This document shows positions 47,660 through 60,909 of a DNA stretch of 64,000 nt, piece after piece; positions within the stretch are counted from its first letter, which is position 1; every line of letters starts with the position of its first letter. A program made the position numbers and the translations under genes. Below the pieces are notes generated by a model. It saw nothing but the letters and a program-made list of their open reading frames with translations, had not been told where the DNA came from and did no database searches. The stretch is from positions 1-64,000 of the IMG/VR virus record IMGVR_UViG_3300028591_000079. One strand, written 5' to 3'. Origin of the DNA: a virus. Lineage: Duplodnaviria; Caudoviricetes.

Positions 47660-50600
47660 TTAAGAGTAAAGCATAATTAGATTTTCTAGTGCACTCATAT
47701 CTAATTCTAAGACTTTATATTTACAGTTGAGTTGATTGGTTTTTATTTCAAGTCCTTCAGTCATCTTGGCCAAGGGATTTATTATTGATAACGCACCTAA
47801 TCTTCCAACATCTAAAAAAAGAGTATAATTATTTTTATTCTGGCTAAATACGGTTAATATACAGTCCTGCCACTTATATGTTTCGTTTATTGCGCCTGTT
47901 TCTGACATGTTGAATTTGTTCACAAACATGTTAGCAAGATACAATAAGAAATTTTTACGGTCTTTGAAGAAATTTAAACTTTGATTACAGAATGTTTCTA
48001 TTTTTTCTTCTGCAGTATCATCTTTCATTGATTGTCCATTTAAACTATTGAAGAATATATGATTAAGAGTTGATTCTACTATTTGAGTTGGTTTATTATC
48101 TACCATATAAAAAAAAGATAACCTATATACTTTCCATTGTTTATCATAGCCGAAAAAGCAATTGCAAGATGTACCGAAGTTTTTTCTTATCATTCGGTTT
48201 ATTTTTCTGGTTGTTTTGTTATAATTAAAATCTGTGGTCATAAGTTTGTATATCTCTTATCTTTTTTCCAAATATTGGTTAGTTCTTCTTCAATATCATA
48301 TAAAGATCCTTCTAATGTCATTTTTTTGGTCACAGACACGTATTTCTTTATTGATTCAGGAAAGTAGTCTGATTTGTGTTTTATTGTTATTTTCCAACCA
48401 TTTTTGACTCTTTCTATTGAATCTACCCAGTTAAAGTTTTTGGGTGTTTGTTCTTCTACTTGTTCAATGATATACCCCAATAGTCCAATAGCCAATTTTG
48501 TTTCATTGAATTTAGGACATGGTTTTTCTGTCATAATATATTCTCCTTTTTGAAGTATAATAGCATAATTAATTCTTACTTCAAGGCATTTTCACAAACT
48601 TTTTTTATATAACCTATTGCTTTACTGTCTATATGCGTTACAAAATCTTTCGAATATGAAGTAACGTCTGATTGGATAACTTCATCAACACCCAAAGAGC
48701 TGAACAATGGAAAACTTCTAACCGTAAAGACTGGATATTGATTAACTTGGCTAGTAATATAATCATGAAACATATTACAGCTCACATGATCTTCAAACAA
48801 TGTGGGATGTTTATGTTTTATAAGATTTATATTTTCTTTATTCATTGATTATTTCCACAATTGCCTTTATTTCTTCTAGTGTCATCCAATTATCAACCAG
48901 CGTTTCAACTTTGCTATTATATTTATAGCCTGCTGTTTTTGAAAGTCTATATTCAACTTTGTCATCTTCTTTTTTTATATCTATATTTATTCCTATTCCA
49001 TAATCATCCATATTTAAATTCAATTTTTCAAACAGCATATCTACTAAAATAAATTTATATATCATTTTTTGAATCTGTTTTTCTGTTTCTTCTAATACTC
49101 TTTCTGGTGTTATGTCTGGTAGATTCATTTTTTCCGTAACCAAATTGAAATTATTTTTACTAATATATTTTCTATTCCAATCATACCCTGTTATTTTTAA
49201 TTTATCTATTTGAACATAAAAATAAAACCTTGGACTTAATGAATTCCTATCTGTATCAAACTTTACATGCACATTATAATCATAACTTTCTTTTTTACCT
49301 AGATCAACAATTTGAAGTTTTTGTATTATGGATTGCTTTATCGAATGTTCCAACACACGAAAAAAGTCAGCGGCATGACTATTGTCATACACTATTGATG
49401 GATTTATACATAACTGGTGCGGCAATTGGGCTGGCATAATCAATCCTTTATGATAATATAAGTGTTCCAATGTAATAAATCCATGCCAGTGATGCGATTA
49501 TTGCTCCGGCTCCAACTAAATACCCCCCGAAATCAAAAAACACATCTTGGGTTGATAATTTTTTTGCAACCAATGAACCAGTAATTCCAAACATAAAACC
49601 CAATAATATCATAATAATTCCAATAAACATACACTCTAAAGCTGTCATTTTATATCCTTTTGTTCTAGTGCCGTTATTTCATTTATTGTTTCCTGTGCTA
49701 CTACAGAATCATAATTATCGTCATACCAATGAAGAGTGTCTTTTGCGATATCCAATGCCTTACGAGCATATATAAGTTCTTGCCAGAGCATTTCAGTTCC
49801 AAGATTGCGGCATTTAGGACAGCCACGCAATATACCATCAACGCCGCCAATTTCTAACTCATGCTGACAGAATGGACATTTCATATTACTCATTTTACAT
49901 CCTTTTTTAAGTTTATATCTTATGGCAGTCTTTCCACATAATAAAACCTATTATTTCCAAAAATGTTTCTATACACGCAAAAGTCATACAAATATGAATA
50001 AAAGTTTCATTAGGTGTATAATTCCACAACCATACCAAGAATTTCATAAGTAGTGTTATTATCATTATTTATCCTTTTGTTTTACCATATTATATAAAAG
50101 AGTGTTGCATTTAATGGTATGGCAATTATAATAAAAACTATAAATAACCATATTCCAAATCTAACAGCGTCTTTTCCTAAATAATCAAACGCATCATATA
50201 TAAAAGCACACAATCCGAATACATAATAAATCGTAATCAATGCAATAAAAATAGATGATACTTTTAGAAATAATTCTAATAAAAACAATAACACTTCAAT
50301 CATATAAACCTCCTATTATAAGAACTCCCATATTGTTTTGTTTTCAGACAATTTTTCAACATCTAAATCGTAGAACCAAATTGTGCTAAGATTTACCGCT
50401 TGTGATTTTTGTTTTTCATAACCTAATAATTCTAAAAATTTTATAAGTTTTCCAAGGTCAGAACATATACTTTCTCCGTATGGATTTATTGATATTGTTA
50501 ATTTATCGGCAGTATCTAAATAAAAATTATCCATATATCTAAAACAGCAACAATCAAAATCTATATAATCCAAAAAATTATAAATTTCTTTTAATGCTTT

Positions 50601-53600
50601 TAGTTTTTGTTCAAACTCTAATAATTCATTTTTTCTATTTGTTCCTTGCCAATCTCCAGAACCAAAAGAGAAGAAATAAGCACATGCCGATACTTGTCGT
50701 ATTGCCCTTTCTATTGCCTTCATTGCTTTGAGAATATATTCTTCATTTATTCTTGGACCCCAAAAATTACTACCTTTATCTATGTATAATTTTGCGGCCT
50801 TTGTGTTCAAAAACTCTTTTACATTATTTGCACTAATTGATACGCGTATATTTTGTCCTTTACCTTTGTTGCAAGCCTTTATAAAATGCTTACATAAAAC
50901 AAATCTTGGATCATTTAAATCTACTATATCCATTTTCATTTTAATATCTCCTCTAATACACACTTAGCAAAAAGATCTACATAATTTTCTGCCGCAACAT
51001 AGTTTTTTATATACCAAATTCCACCAGATAAGCTCAGAAAAAACCTTGAATCGTGTAATAAAATTTTATCCTTTTTCTTTTTTGGTTTTATTGTGTAATT
51101 TGAATATAACCCATCTGCAGTTATAAGACCTATTTGCCTAAAATAACAATGACCATCTTCAGAATATTTATCGGTCCCATCATCTATTATTTTGATGTAT
51201 CCTCCATATCTTTTTTTTACCAAAGATCTAAATTCTTCTATTTTCATTTGGTGGCATTTAGTTTTTCTTCTGTATAATAATATACTACCCCATAAGTGCT
51301 TGATTCTATTTTTACTAGATTTATTTTTATGCCGTGGCGGGCGTTTGCGTCTACAAAGTCTTGAAAATATATATCAGCAAGACCAACAGTAACACAATGT
51401 GGGTGAAATTTTTTTACTTTTTCAGCATTATTCCACTTTTCTGGTAAGCCCAGTACGCACGCAATTATGATCAAAATAAAACATATGACACAAGCAACAA
51501 TCATTTATTATCTCCTTTTGTTTTATTTTATCATGTTTAATTATTATTTCAACAATTCTTCTATAATTTTTTTCTTACCAATCAGCGTTATGTGTTTTCT
51601 GTTTCCAATGTCCCAGTTGCCTATGGCATACACAGATATCGGCCTTATCTTAATTGTTTCGTCTATATTTTGTGCCAATTCAAAGCTAAAAAAAGCCCAC
51701 TGTAATTCTTTTTTAGCAGAAAAAGAATTATAATATCTAACATAGTCTTTTTTATACCACCCACCTTCTGATTCTGAAAAAAATCTAGCCCCTTGTGTAT
51801 GTTTTCCCCAACAGGCTTTTGTAAAATGAAAAAGATGTGTTTGATTATTCATGATAATAATTTTTCCAATATTCCCTTGTCGGTTATTATGATGTTTTCA
51901 ATAATATGTGTAACACTTTCTTTTATTTTTTCTAATTCCAGAAACACACATTGTTTGCTTGGATTGAATATTTCATTGTTACCAATATCATAAAACGAAA
52001 ACATTCTACCGCTAAAATCAAAATTTCGAAATTCCAATGTTAAATATAAATCGAGAACTTCACCATTGCGCAACACAACTCTTGGATGGGCACCTTCTTT
52101 ATTTGGATCCATTGGATATGATATTCCTGCAATATTGTTTCTTTCTATAATAATCCCTTTTATCACAATAAAAACTCCATTATTTTATTTATATTAGAAA
52201 CAAAACCAACAATCCTATTATCTTCCAACAACACAATAAACTTTTTTGGTTGTTCAAATTTTACATAGTCATAATCATCTTTTGCTATACTATTAAAACA
52301 CGATCCACTTTTATTTGTTATATACCAAGTTGTCGTTTTTTCGTTTACTTTCCATGTATCGCTTCTATTATAAAATTTTGTAAAAGCAGCCATTACTCCA
52401 TTACTATTAGAAAACCAAAACCATTTATCCATACTTAGTCCAGATTCCCAAGTGCAAAGCTTGCAACAAAAAACCCCCTCAATAGGTACAACCAAACAAG
52501 AAGTCCATCTATTTTTCCCATCTGTCATATTCCATATCCAATCGTATTTATCCATTTCTCACTCCAATAACATTTCTAATATTGTAACATGTGAATCTTT
52601 TGCTAATTTTGCATCGTACATATATAAAAAGTCTTCAAGAGCATTATTATAACTCATTGTTTTTCCACAAGTTTTCCAATCTGAACTTATATTTTCACCA
52701 GCATAAGTTGTATAATACATTACTTTTCTATTTTGGTTCATTGTTTTTATTGTTGGCCAAACTTTTCTTATGTGTGATTGTGGTAAATGTTCATAATTGT
52801 TGCTTCTTATAAAATCACCCTCCCACTTGTTACCATTAATATCAACCATAAACCTATTACCCATCTCGTCTTTCTCCCAATGGTCTATTTTTACATAATG
52901 CTTCCAAGATGTTAGTTTTGTCACCATTTTTCCTTTTTAACCTATTCTATCATGTTTAATTCTTAACTCAACAACATTTCTAAAACTTCATCTACCCCTT
53001 TCCAATCATTATGAGGGTTTCTTGTCAAAATAGCTATTGTCATCTCACACAAACAGTCTCTAAGTAACCATTCTAATACAAAGCGTTTATCACCCAACTC
53101 CCTTCCTTGAGCTGCATACCAAACCATTTGTGTTATATCTTCTCCTGTTGTTGTTATTCTTCTAACCATTTTTCTATATCTTCTTTTTTTACTCTTTCTA
53201 CCCAAACCTCCCAGCAACAAGGAACATTGGTACTATCTTCTGTTTTTACCCAATACCCCGCTTTTTCAATATATCTTACATGTAGTCTTTCTTTCAATTC
53301 TTCTGTGAGCTCGACAAAAACATAATACCAATAACCATCGTATCTTGAATTAACTTTATATTTAGCTTTCTTTAAAATCATTTTAGTAACTCTTCTAATA
53401 TTTTTTCTATACCAACGCAAGTCTCTTTACAGTCTATTATGCTTATTATTCCTTCTGCTCTTTTTTTATCTACCAATGCCCAATTCTTCTTTTTTATTAG
53501 TGACAATGTGGTTTTTAGGTTTGGATTTGAATGATACAATGATGTTCTATATTGTATGCGATCAAGAGGAAAATTACTTATATACCATTCGCGAGTAGCT

Positions 53601-54203
53601 TTTCTTCCTGTTCCTTCTAAATATGTCTCACAATAAAGAAGCTCAATCAATTCCATCTATTTTTCCCTTATATAATGCCTTTCTTATTATTTTAGTAGCT
53701 CCCTCAATATTAGATTTACTTTTATTATAGGACAACCTTCTCTATATTCATCATCAATTATACTTAAGGCTTCTGCATCTTCTTCTGGTATTAAAGCCCA
53801 ACCATTATACTCTCCATATTCCGCCAGTCGTCTTGTGTTAAATCGTAAAAAGCCATTTAAATTTCTATTTATAATATATACACCTTTCCCAGTATAATAT
53901 TCTATCACCGGCCTTGCTTCTATCCAGTTAGTTGTTTTCGTATAATAATAAAGCTTTACCAGTATCATTTTTATTCCAACCATTTATTTATTTGTCTATC
54001 TGTTACTTTATGTGTCAAATGCTCAAAACAATATCTCTCAAGGTTGTCTGGATTGGGCGCTTTCTCATCTACCCAAACCCAATAATCATCTAATTTTACA
54101 GCTTTTTTTACGCTCAACCAAGATTTTATATCATCATCCAAATCCACAAATACAAGATAAGTATAACAATCATATTCAGACCAAACCTTGTATTTTGCTT
54201 GTC

Positions 54204-54593
54204 TTATTGCCATCTGTTTTTACCATTTATTTTAGCTAATTCTGCTCTTGTTATTACTTTCAAATTACTTAACTCATTGTTCATAGGGTCTCCGTCTATA
54301 TGATAAATGACTTCTAACCTATCTAACTTTCTACCCAATTCTTTTTCCATCAGCCATTTAGCATAACTTACTCGCTTTTGATGCATATAGACTTTACCAT
54401 TACGACTTCTAATTGGTGTCTTTTCTTCACTAACACACACTAATTGATCTTTTCCTTGCATAACTTTACCAATATGTCTCTTAGATTCTGCATCTTCTTT
54501 AGTAAAACTTGTGCAATTGGCTCCCATATACCCAAACAGGCCTTTATTCCAAGTCTTATGCCCTTTTATAAATTGTCCACTATTAGTTTTCAT
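54204..54593 (-). CDS. HNH endonuclease with NUMOD-like N-terminus
   Basis: GQFIKGHKTWNKG; MEKELGRKL...YHIDGDPMNNELSNL. Confidence 0.75.
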   Translation of the reverse strand: MKTNSGQFIKGHKTWNKGLFGYMGANCTSFTKEDAESKRHIGKVMQGKDQLVCVSEEKTPIRSRNGKVYMHQKRVSYAKWLMEKELGRKLDRLEVIYHIDGDPMNNELSNLKVITRAELAKINGKNRWQ

Positions 54594-55042
54594 GTTTTTT
54601 CTTCCAGTTTAAGTACATTTTCATATTATCTGATTTTTCTTTTGATTTTTCTTCGGCTCTTTCAACACTGGTAGCCACAATGCCCAAACCACCTTTTTTA
54701 TTCCAAACAAATTTATCATAGGAAAAACAAAATTCCATACCTTTATTCATTACTAAGTTATAAAAGTAATCAAAGTCAGCCTGTTTATTGATCATACGGC
54801 TAACCCATTCAAAAGCAACAATAATATCTGTACCATACTTTGCAATAATCTTTTCCATACCTTTAGGCCCCAATGAATATGAACCTTTGCCTAGTACATA
54901 TATTTCTTTTTCCAAACCAGGCCCATAAACACTATCTACATATTCACCCAATTGAGATGCCCATTCTTCTGCTGTTACTGCACTGGTTTCTTTTACTACT
55001 AATATTACTTTTTTATTCATATTGGCTCCTTTTGATACTACT

Positions 55043-55070
55043 ATTATACCAAATTTAATTATTATGTCAA
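55043..55070 (-). promoter_or_regulatory. Sigma70-like promoter TTGACA-16-TATAAT
   Basis: Perfect hexamers, AATTAAA in spacer, AGGAG RBS before 55020. Confidence 0.75.
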
Positions 55071-57180
55071 AACAACAGGCGCTCTAATAATTTTGACCTT
55101 TCTATTATTTTTCCTTCATAAACTCTACGATATAAAAAAGAATTTAGATCATTACTCTTTTTGTAAACTATCATTAAGTCTTCTTGTTTTATTTCAGCTC
55201 CAACTTTATATTCCATTCCATCTTTTAGTTTCAGTCCATTATTTGCATAGGTTGGTTCAGATTCTGTATGTTTACTACCTATACATTCCCATGATGATGT
55301 GTTTTCCCTTTCCCATACCAAATTATCTTCATCCACATAGGCTTTCATACGATCTATATACCTAACTATGTTCTTAATTCTGTATCCACTCATTTCAACC
55401 ACCAATCCAATACCAATTTTTCTAATTCTTCACTCAACCTTCCCATCTTCTTTGCATATATGATTGATCCAATATCCAAACTACCAAGAAAATGAGCCCA
55501 TATATCTTCTGTATTCATTTTTATTTCCTTTTGGATATCCTTATATCTAAATTCAAAAAATCTCTCTGTACGGTCAAATTTACTACTATAACGTTCATTT
55601 TATTCTAACAACCTATCTATAATCTGTTCTGGCCCAAAATAAAAGTTCCAACCCCAATGACCGATACTTATTGTTCCATAGTAATCAAAACTCAAAATAC
55701 CATGTTGTACCGTATGATCTACTCCAACACCTACTAACAACCAAAAATCTGCAGGTGTCCAATCATATTTATCAAGATCATATTTTTCACATACACCATT
55801 ACCAATAACTTTTATTTCAGAGGCCGTCTCAAATACATCTCTATCAGACTTAACATATTTAAGCTCTGCAATATCTTTCTTTCTTATAATGGCTTTGACT
55901 TTTACTAATTTTATCATTTCAACAGCTCTTCTAGTATAAAACCTGTATTGACGACCATTAAACTACCTGAGCTCTTCTCTTTGTTTTCCATACATATTAC
56001 CCAGAAACCAGGCTCCGTTGTTGCTCTTATACTTGTTATTGTATTCATTCTAACAAACTCCCAATTTCTTTTATTTGATCCAACCCATACCCCATCAAAA
56101 CCCTTCCAGGTACCTCTAATTCATTTCCATATTTTTTCAATTCTATTATAACATGCTCTTTACATTCTTCAAAATTAAAATCGCTACGTTGAAAACCAGT
56201 GGTCCCAAAAAATATCCACCAACGACCCCTAAATTTTATCATATGTGAGTTGTCTTCATCTAAAACATAGGCGGCTAATTTTTTATCTTTCTTCCAATAT
56301 ATCTTCCAAAATACTTTATAAACACGATTCATCTTAGCCACCTATTGATTATTACACCCTTATCTTTTTCAGTTAGTTCATCATTTTCACTCATAAAATC
56401 CATATAATTACCATCCTCAAAATCAAAATACTCTAGGCAGTCTTCTAAACATCCCCTAAACAATTCTTTTCCACCAACTCTATAAACAACCCACCTATCC
56501 TCTTCGATTTTATGTTTATATGTACTACTCCAACGCTCTATTTCTTTGTATATTCCATTTTTCCATTTTTGAATTTTATTAGGTCCACCCAGTTCATTAG
56601 ATAAAACACACCAGCCATCACCCAATTCTTTCCAAATCCTTAACATCAAAATCATCTAACAACCTCCTTAATATTTCTTTTTTTATTTTTTCTAGTCCAA
56701 TTTGTTCAATATATACACTACTTATTTCTTTGTTATAATAATTCGCCAATACACCAACCCAAAAAGACACATCAAAACTCATTTCAACAACTCTTCTATC
56801 ATTTCTTCAACATTAATCCATAAAGACTTTATTTCTCCTAATTTTTCTAACCAATCTCCAGTCTTTTCAATCGTAAACTCACAATAAATCAATGCATATT
56901 TGTTTGATACTGGTTTATATTTTCCTTCCCAAAACTTATTTCCAAGACCAACATTCCATCCTATATCATCTGTTTTTGGACTTACCCAAGATGTACCATC
57001 AACAGACCAATCCCATATCCATCTATTGTCTTCGGTCACAAAACCCTCCATTCCGTTTCTATTATCAAACACTCCAATACATTTTACAAGTAGATACATA
57101 GTTCAAGTCTTTTCTTTTATTAATTTTCTTTTTAATTTAAATTTTAATATTAATTTAATTAAATATATTAATTAAACAAA

Positions 57181-58041
57181 TTATCCTTTCTTTACGAGTT
57201 TCACCATGTTATCTAATTCCTCATAAGTTCCTTCAACGATTAAGCTTCCATACTCATTAGGTTTACCGCATATCGCCTCTATCCACTTCAATTCTTTATC
57301 CTCTTCTCCATGAAACAATTCCCAGTAATTAAATTCGACACGATATATTTCATTACCTAAATCTACCACTTGACAACAATTTCTGCCCAGTTTTTCTATA
57401 CCTTCATCTCCTTCTTGTAAAAATAATTTGGCAACTTTTACTTCTTTACTTGTTGATTCTATTTTATTTGTTATTTCTTTTATGGTTGATTCACTTACTA
57501 TTCCATCATAATCTGTTTCAATTTCATAATCATCCATCCAATTAAAGTTTATCAATCTGTAAGGAATACCATCTCTGCGATTCATTATAAGCTTTTCTTT
57601 TCCAATTTCTCCATCCAAAACTATATCAACACTTAAATTTGCCATCTCGTCATCTGAATCAACAAGAAGATCAATTTCAAATCCAACATGATATATTTCA
57701 CTTCTTTTGTTATATAATCTTCTCAAATACTTGCATACATCTTCTTCTTCAATAAAAACACCAATGTCACCTAAAAAACTGTCCACCCACTTGTTTATAA
57801 ATCCATCATCATAGTCTTTATTGTATGTTTTTTTCCCTCTTTTCAAATACTTACCCTCAAATCTGCCAAAAATTTTTAAATTCCATTCCAACACTTCCCT
57901 TAATGTAACATATATAAAACAATTATCTTGACCTTTAGTGTCCAGATCTACCCCAAAGAAATCTCCACAATCAAACTCTTTATCTCCAAAAACCTTCTTC
58001 TTCAAAATATCTATAACTTTTTCATACATATAACAACTCAT
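57181..58041 (-). CDS. Hypothetical protein
   Basis: Long ORF; C-terminus similar to 58372..59100 (EELxxMVxLVxxG). Confidence 0.65.
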   Translation of the reverse strand: MSCYMYEKVIDILKKKVFGDKEFDCGDFFGVDLDTKGQDNCFIYVTLREVLEWNLKIFGRFEGKYLKRGKKTYNKDYDDGFINKWVDSFLGDIGVFIEEEDVCKYLRRLYNKRSEIYHVGFEIDLLVDSDDEMANLSVDIVLDGEIGKEKLIMNRRDGIPYRLINFNWMDDYEIETDYDGIVSESTIKEITNKIESTSKEVKVAKLFLQEGDEGIEKLGRNCCQVVDLGNEIYRVEFNYWELFHGEEDKELKWIEAICGKPNEYGSLIVEGTYEELDNMVKLVKKG

Positions 58042-58371
58042 TTTAATACCTCTTCTAAATACCCTTCCAATGTTCTTGTTGCAATTACATAATCTTCACC
58101 AAACCGATTATAATACGTTACATACTTTGCCGGACCAGTTACCCACACAATTATATTTTTTCCGTTTCCCAATCCAGCTAAAAACTCTCCAACATATCCG
58201 TTCATCTACCACCTGCCATCATTAATAAACTTAGACAAATCATCCCCCATCCAAATATAAACAAGCCAAATCCCTCACTAATATACCCCCACTGCTTCTT
58301 TTCTATATACATACCAATAAATAACCCTACAAAAAATAATATCACAATCCCAATCGCTAACAACATAATAA

Positions 58372-59100
58372 CTACCCCCTTACTAAATTTACCATTGTTT
58401 CTAATTCTTCAAAATCATCAAACTCTATTATTTTCCTACCATCTTTTTCTATTGCCAGTGTTTCTAATCTGTCCCCATTCCATTCATCGCCCACTAATTC
58501 TAAATAATTCTCGTGTAACTTATATTTCTTAATCTTTTTATAATACGAAACATCAATAAATAAATCCCATATAAATTTCCACCTCTTATAATACTCTAAT
58601 GTTCCCTTCTCACATAATCTATCTAATGCATCTAAACATTCTTCATTAAACGCATAAATACCATTCCCATAATCAGATCCTACGCCTAAAAACTCCCCTA
58701 TCCTTATCGCATCATCACTACTGTTTATCATCAAGCATATCCTATTCCCATCATGCCTCGCCCATATGTTTACCATACCGTAGTTCTTCAATATCTCTTC
58801 GTTCAATTCCACTCTCTTCTTAACCCAATCACCCATCTCTATCAATCTTTCATTTTTCTCCAAGATATCTATAGCGTCTGTGTTTCTTCCACTTATTATA
58901 TCTTCTACCATGCCACTTATACTATCATACTCCCCACAAAATTTCCCACATACATATAAATACCTACCATCCCCTACAACAACCTCATTACAAAAACCAA
59001 ATACCTCCTCCCCAAAATAATAAGTCCCATTACAATAAACTATCCCACTCTGTGACTCTAACCATTTTCTTCCTAACTCTAAATGCTCTTCTATCGTCAT
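58372..59100 (-). CDS. Hypothetical protein
   Basis: Long ORF with AAGGA RBS. Confidence 0.65.
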   Translation of the reverse strand: MTIEEHLELGRKWLESQSGIVYCNGTYYFGEEVFGFCNEVVVGDGRYLYVCGKFCGEYDSISGMVEDIISGRNTDAIDILEKNERLIEMGDWVKKRVELNEEILKNYGMVNIWARHDGNRICLMINSSDDAIRIGEFLGVGSDYGNGIYAFNEECLDALDRLCEKGTLEYYKRWKFIWDLFIDVSYYKKIKKYKLHENYLELVGDEWNGDRLETLAIEKDGRKIIEFDDFEELETMVNLVRG

Positions 59101-59135
59101 AATTTTATCCTTTTTAATAACATTCCTTTGTATTT

Positions 59136-59909
59136 TTATGATTTACTATTTGGACTGTTGGGATATAACTCATCTAAAAAATTGCTTTTCATATATCCAC
59201 GTTTCACTCCCTTAAACATAGTACTTAAATAAAACATCCCAGACCTTTCTTCTGTCTCACTATTACTATAACACTTCAACTCCTTTACAAAAAATAAACA
59301 TATCCCTTCTTTATCATACACATATCTCACATCTATTGAATCATGCTCTAAATCAAATTCATCAATAAGCCACCGTACACCTTCACACACCTTCCGTACT
59401 AATCCTACCTCGTCTTCATTATTGTATCTCGGTATTAGTAAGTGTAAATGCCAAAAACTACTCTCACCACGATCCATACACCCAATAAAATGTAACGGAT
59501 GCCTTCTCCAATTTTTCCCATATAAATGACACTCAAAACTACCTACCAATTTTTTATATCTCTCAAATGCTTCTTCACACTTCCTCGTCTTTTCTATCCC
59601 CTGTATATTTTTTGTTGGTAATGTCATAGTAATAAGAAGCGTGTAATCTAACCCTATCAATTTGTTATACCATCCGCTTTGATAATTGTTTATATTCACT
59701 CTATGTTCACGATATGCTTCCCCAAATACACTCTTATTATATAAACAATATTCTTCTCTTATTATCTTGTCTATTAATTCTGCATTGTCTTCCATATCTT
59801 TATTTGCCCTTTTGTTTTGTTCTTTTTTGAGAAGGGTTAGGTTTAGCTTATAGATGCGATCCCCTAACTCACCCGAAAGTCCATAATTAATCTCTTTATT
59901 CCTTCTCAA
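59136..59909 (-). CDS. HUH-superfamily (rolling-circle Rep-like) protein
   Basis: Motif I LITMTL, motif II WHLHLLI, motif III position reads LFFVKE. Confidence 0.6.
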   Translation of the reverse strand: MRRNKEINYGLSGELGDRIYKLNLTLLKKEQNKRANKDMEDNAELIDKIIREEYCLYNKSVFGEAYREHRVNINNYQSGWYNKLIGLDYTLLITMTLPTKNIQGIEKTRKCEEAFERYKKLVGSFECHLYGKNWRRHPLHFIGCMDRGESSFWHLHLLIPRYNNEDEVGLVRKVCEGVRWLIDEFDLEHDSIDVRYVYDKEGICLFFVKELKCYSNSETEERSGMFYLSTMFKGVKRGYMKSNFLDELYPNSPNSKS

Positions 59910-60274
59910 AACTCTTTCTACTTATTTCATTAATACTTCTAACCACTCTTTCTTTGCTTTACTATCTACAAAATATATCCCCACACCTTTCTTTATATAC
60001 TTCACTAAATCCCATACCGTTATATCTTTTACCCTCTTCAATATCGCATCCCCATATCTGCGTCCACCACCTTTTTCACATATACACCCCTTACCGTCAG
60101 CCCCAATAAATATATATAATCCACCAGCCTTTACTTTATAATCATCACCATACCAAGGATCTTTATAATAAACATACATATCACGCCCAAAACCAAATCC
60201 CTCTAGCTCTATTATATCATCATCTACTAATCTTACTTCCTTATAACTCATCTATCCACCCCCTTCTTACTTAA

Positions 60275-60601
60275 TCAAGCTTCATAATAATCAGTCGGTT
60301 TATAAAATTCAATGTCCTCCGCCCCGTCATATTCACTAATCCTAAATACCTTACCCTTCTCAACCCATATAACCGTCAAACCATCTACCCCACCATAATA
60401 CCCGTCTGCACCAAATAATTCCTCCGCCTTTTGTATTATCTCTTCTTCCCCTGCACCCCTTTCTACTAATTCTATAATCTCAGGACTAAATACCATCTCT
60501 TCAACTTTATCAGGAACCCCACACCAAGTACTCCAACCAGCCCCATACCCACATGAAATCAATACCCCAATCTTTCCATCACGTTCTACTTTCTTTACCA
60601 T
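60275..60601 (-). CDS. Conserved phage hypothetical protein
   Basis: GVLISCGYGAGWSTW...FRISEYDGAE motif seen in many phages. Confidence 0.7.
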   Translation of the reverse strand: MVKKVERDGKIGVLISCGYGAGWSTWCGVPDKVEEMVFSPEIIELVERGAGEEEIIQKAEELFGADGYYGGVDGLTVIWVEKGKVFRISEYDGAEDIEFYKPTDYYEA

Positions 60602-60909
60602 ACCTAATCACCCCTTTTCGTTATATGTGCTTCGTTCCCTATAAGACCCATTTCATTCCCTAAACAGTCTCAAAACCCCATCAGTAAAGTGTCATCTCCC
60701 TATATCAATAAAAAGACTCTATATACACTAGACTAAACTACCCCTCATGCTGTTTTAGACTCTTTTTTCTTATACTTTACCATATTTAATTCCGCTAACA
60801 ACATTAATTATCCCATACCCCATTTAATACCATACACTACCATATCATACCATCTTCACCCATAACTATACATAACAATACATAAAAAACCAAAGAAAAG
60901 CACCGAATA

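Larger units (their letters stand above)
47660..60601 (-). other. Array of about 30 small co-oriented hypothetical genes (early/host-takeover type), with paralog pairs 53154/53971 and 53378/53687
   Basis: Contiguous minus-strand ORFs with ATGA/TAATG overlaps, sigma70-like promoters at 48557-48584, 51525-51552, 52944-52971 and 55043-55070, shared C-terminal ILEELLK-like ends. Confidence 0.75.
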
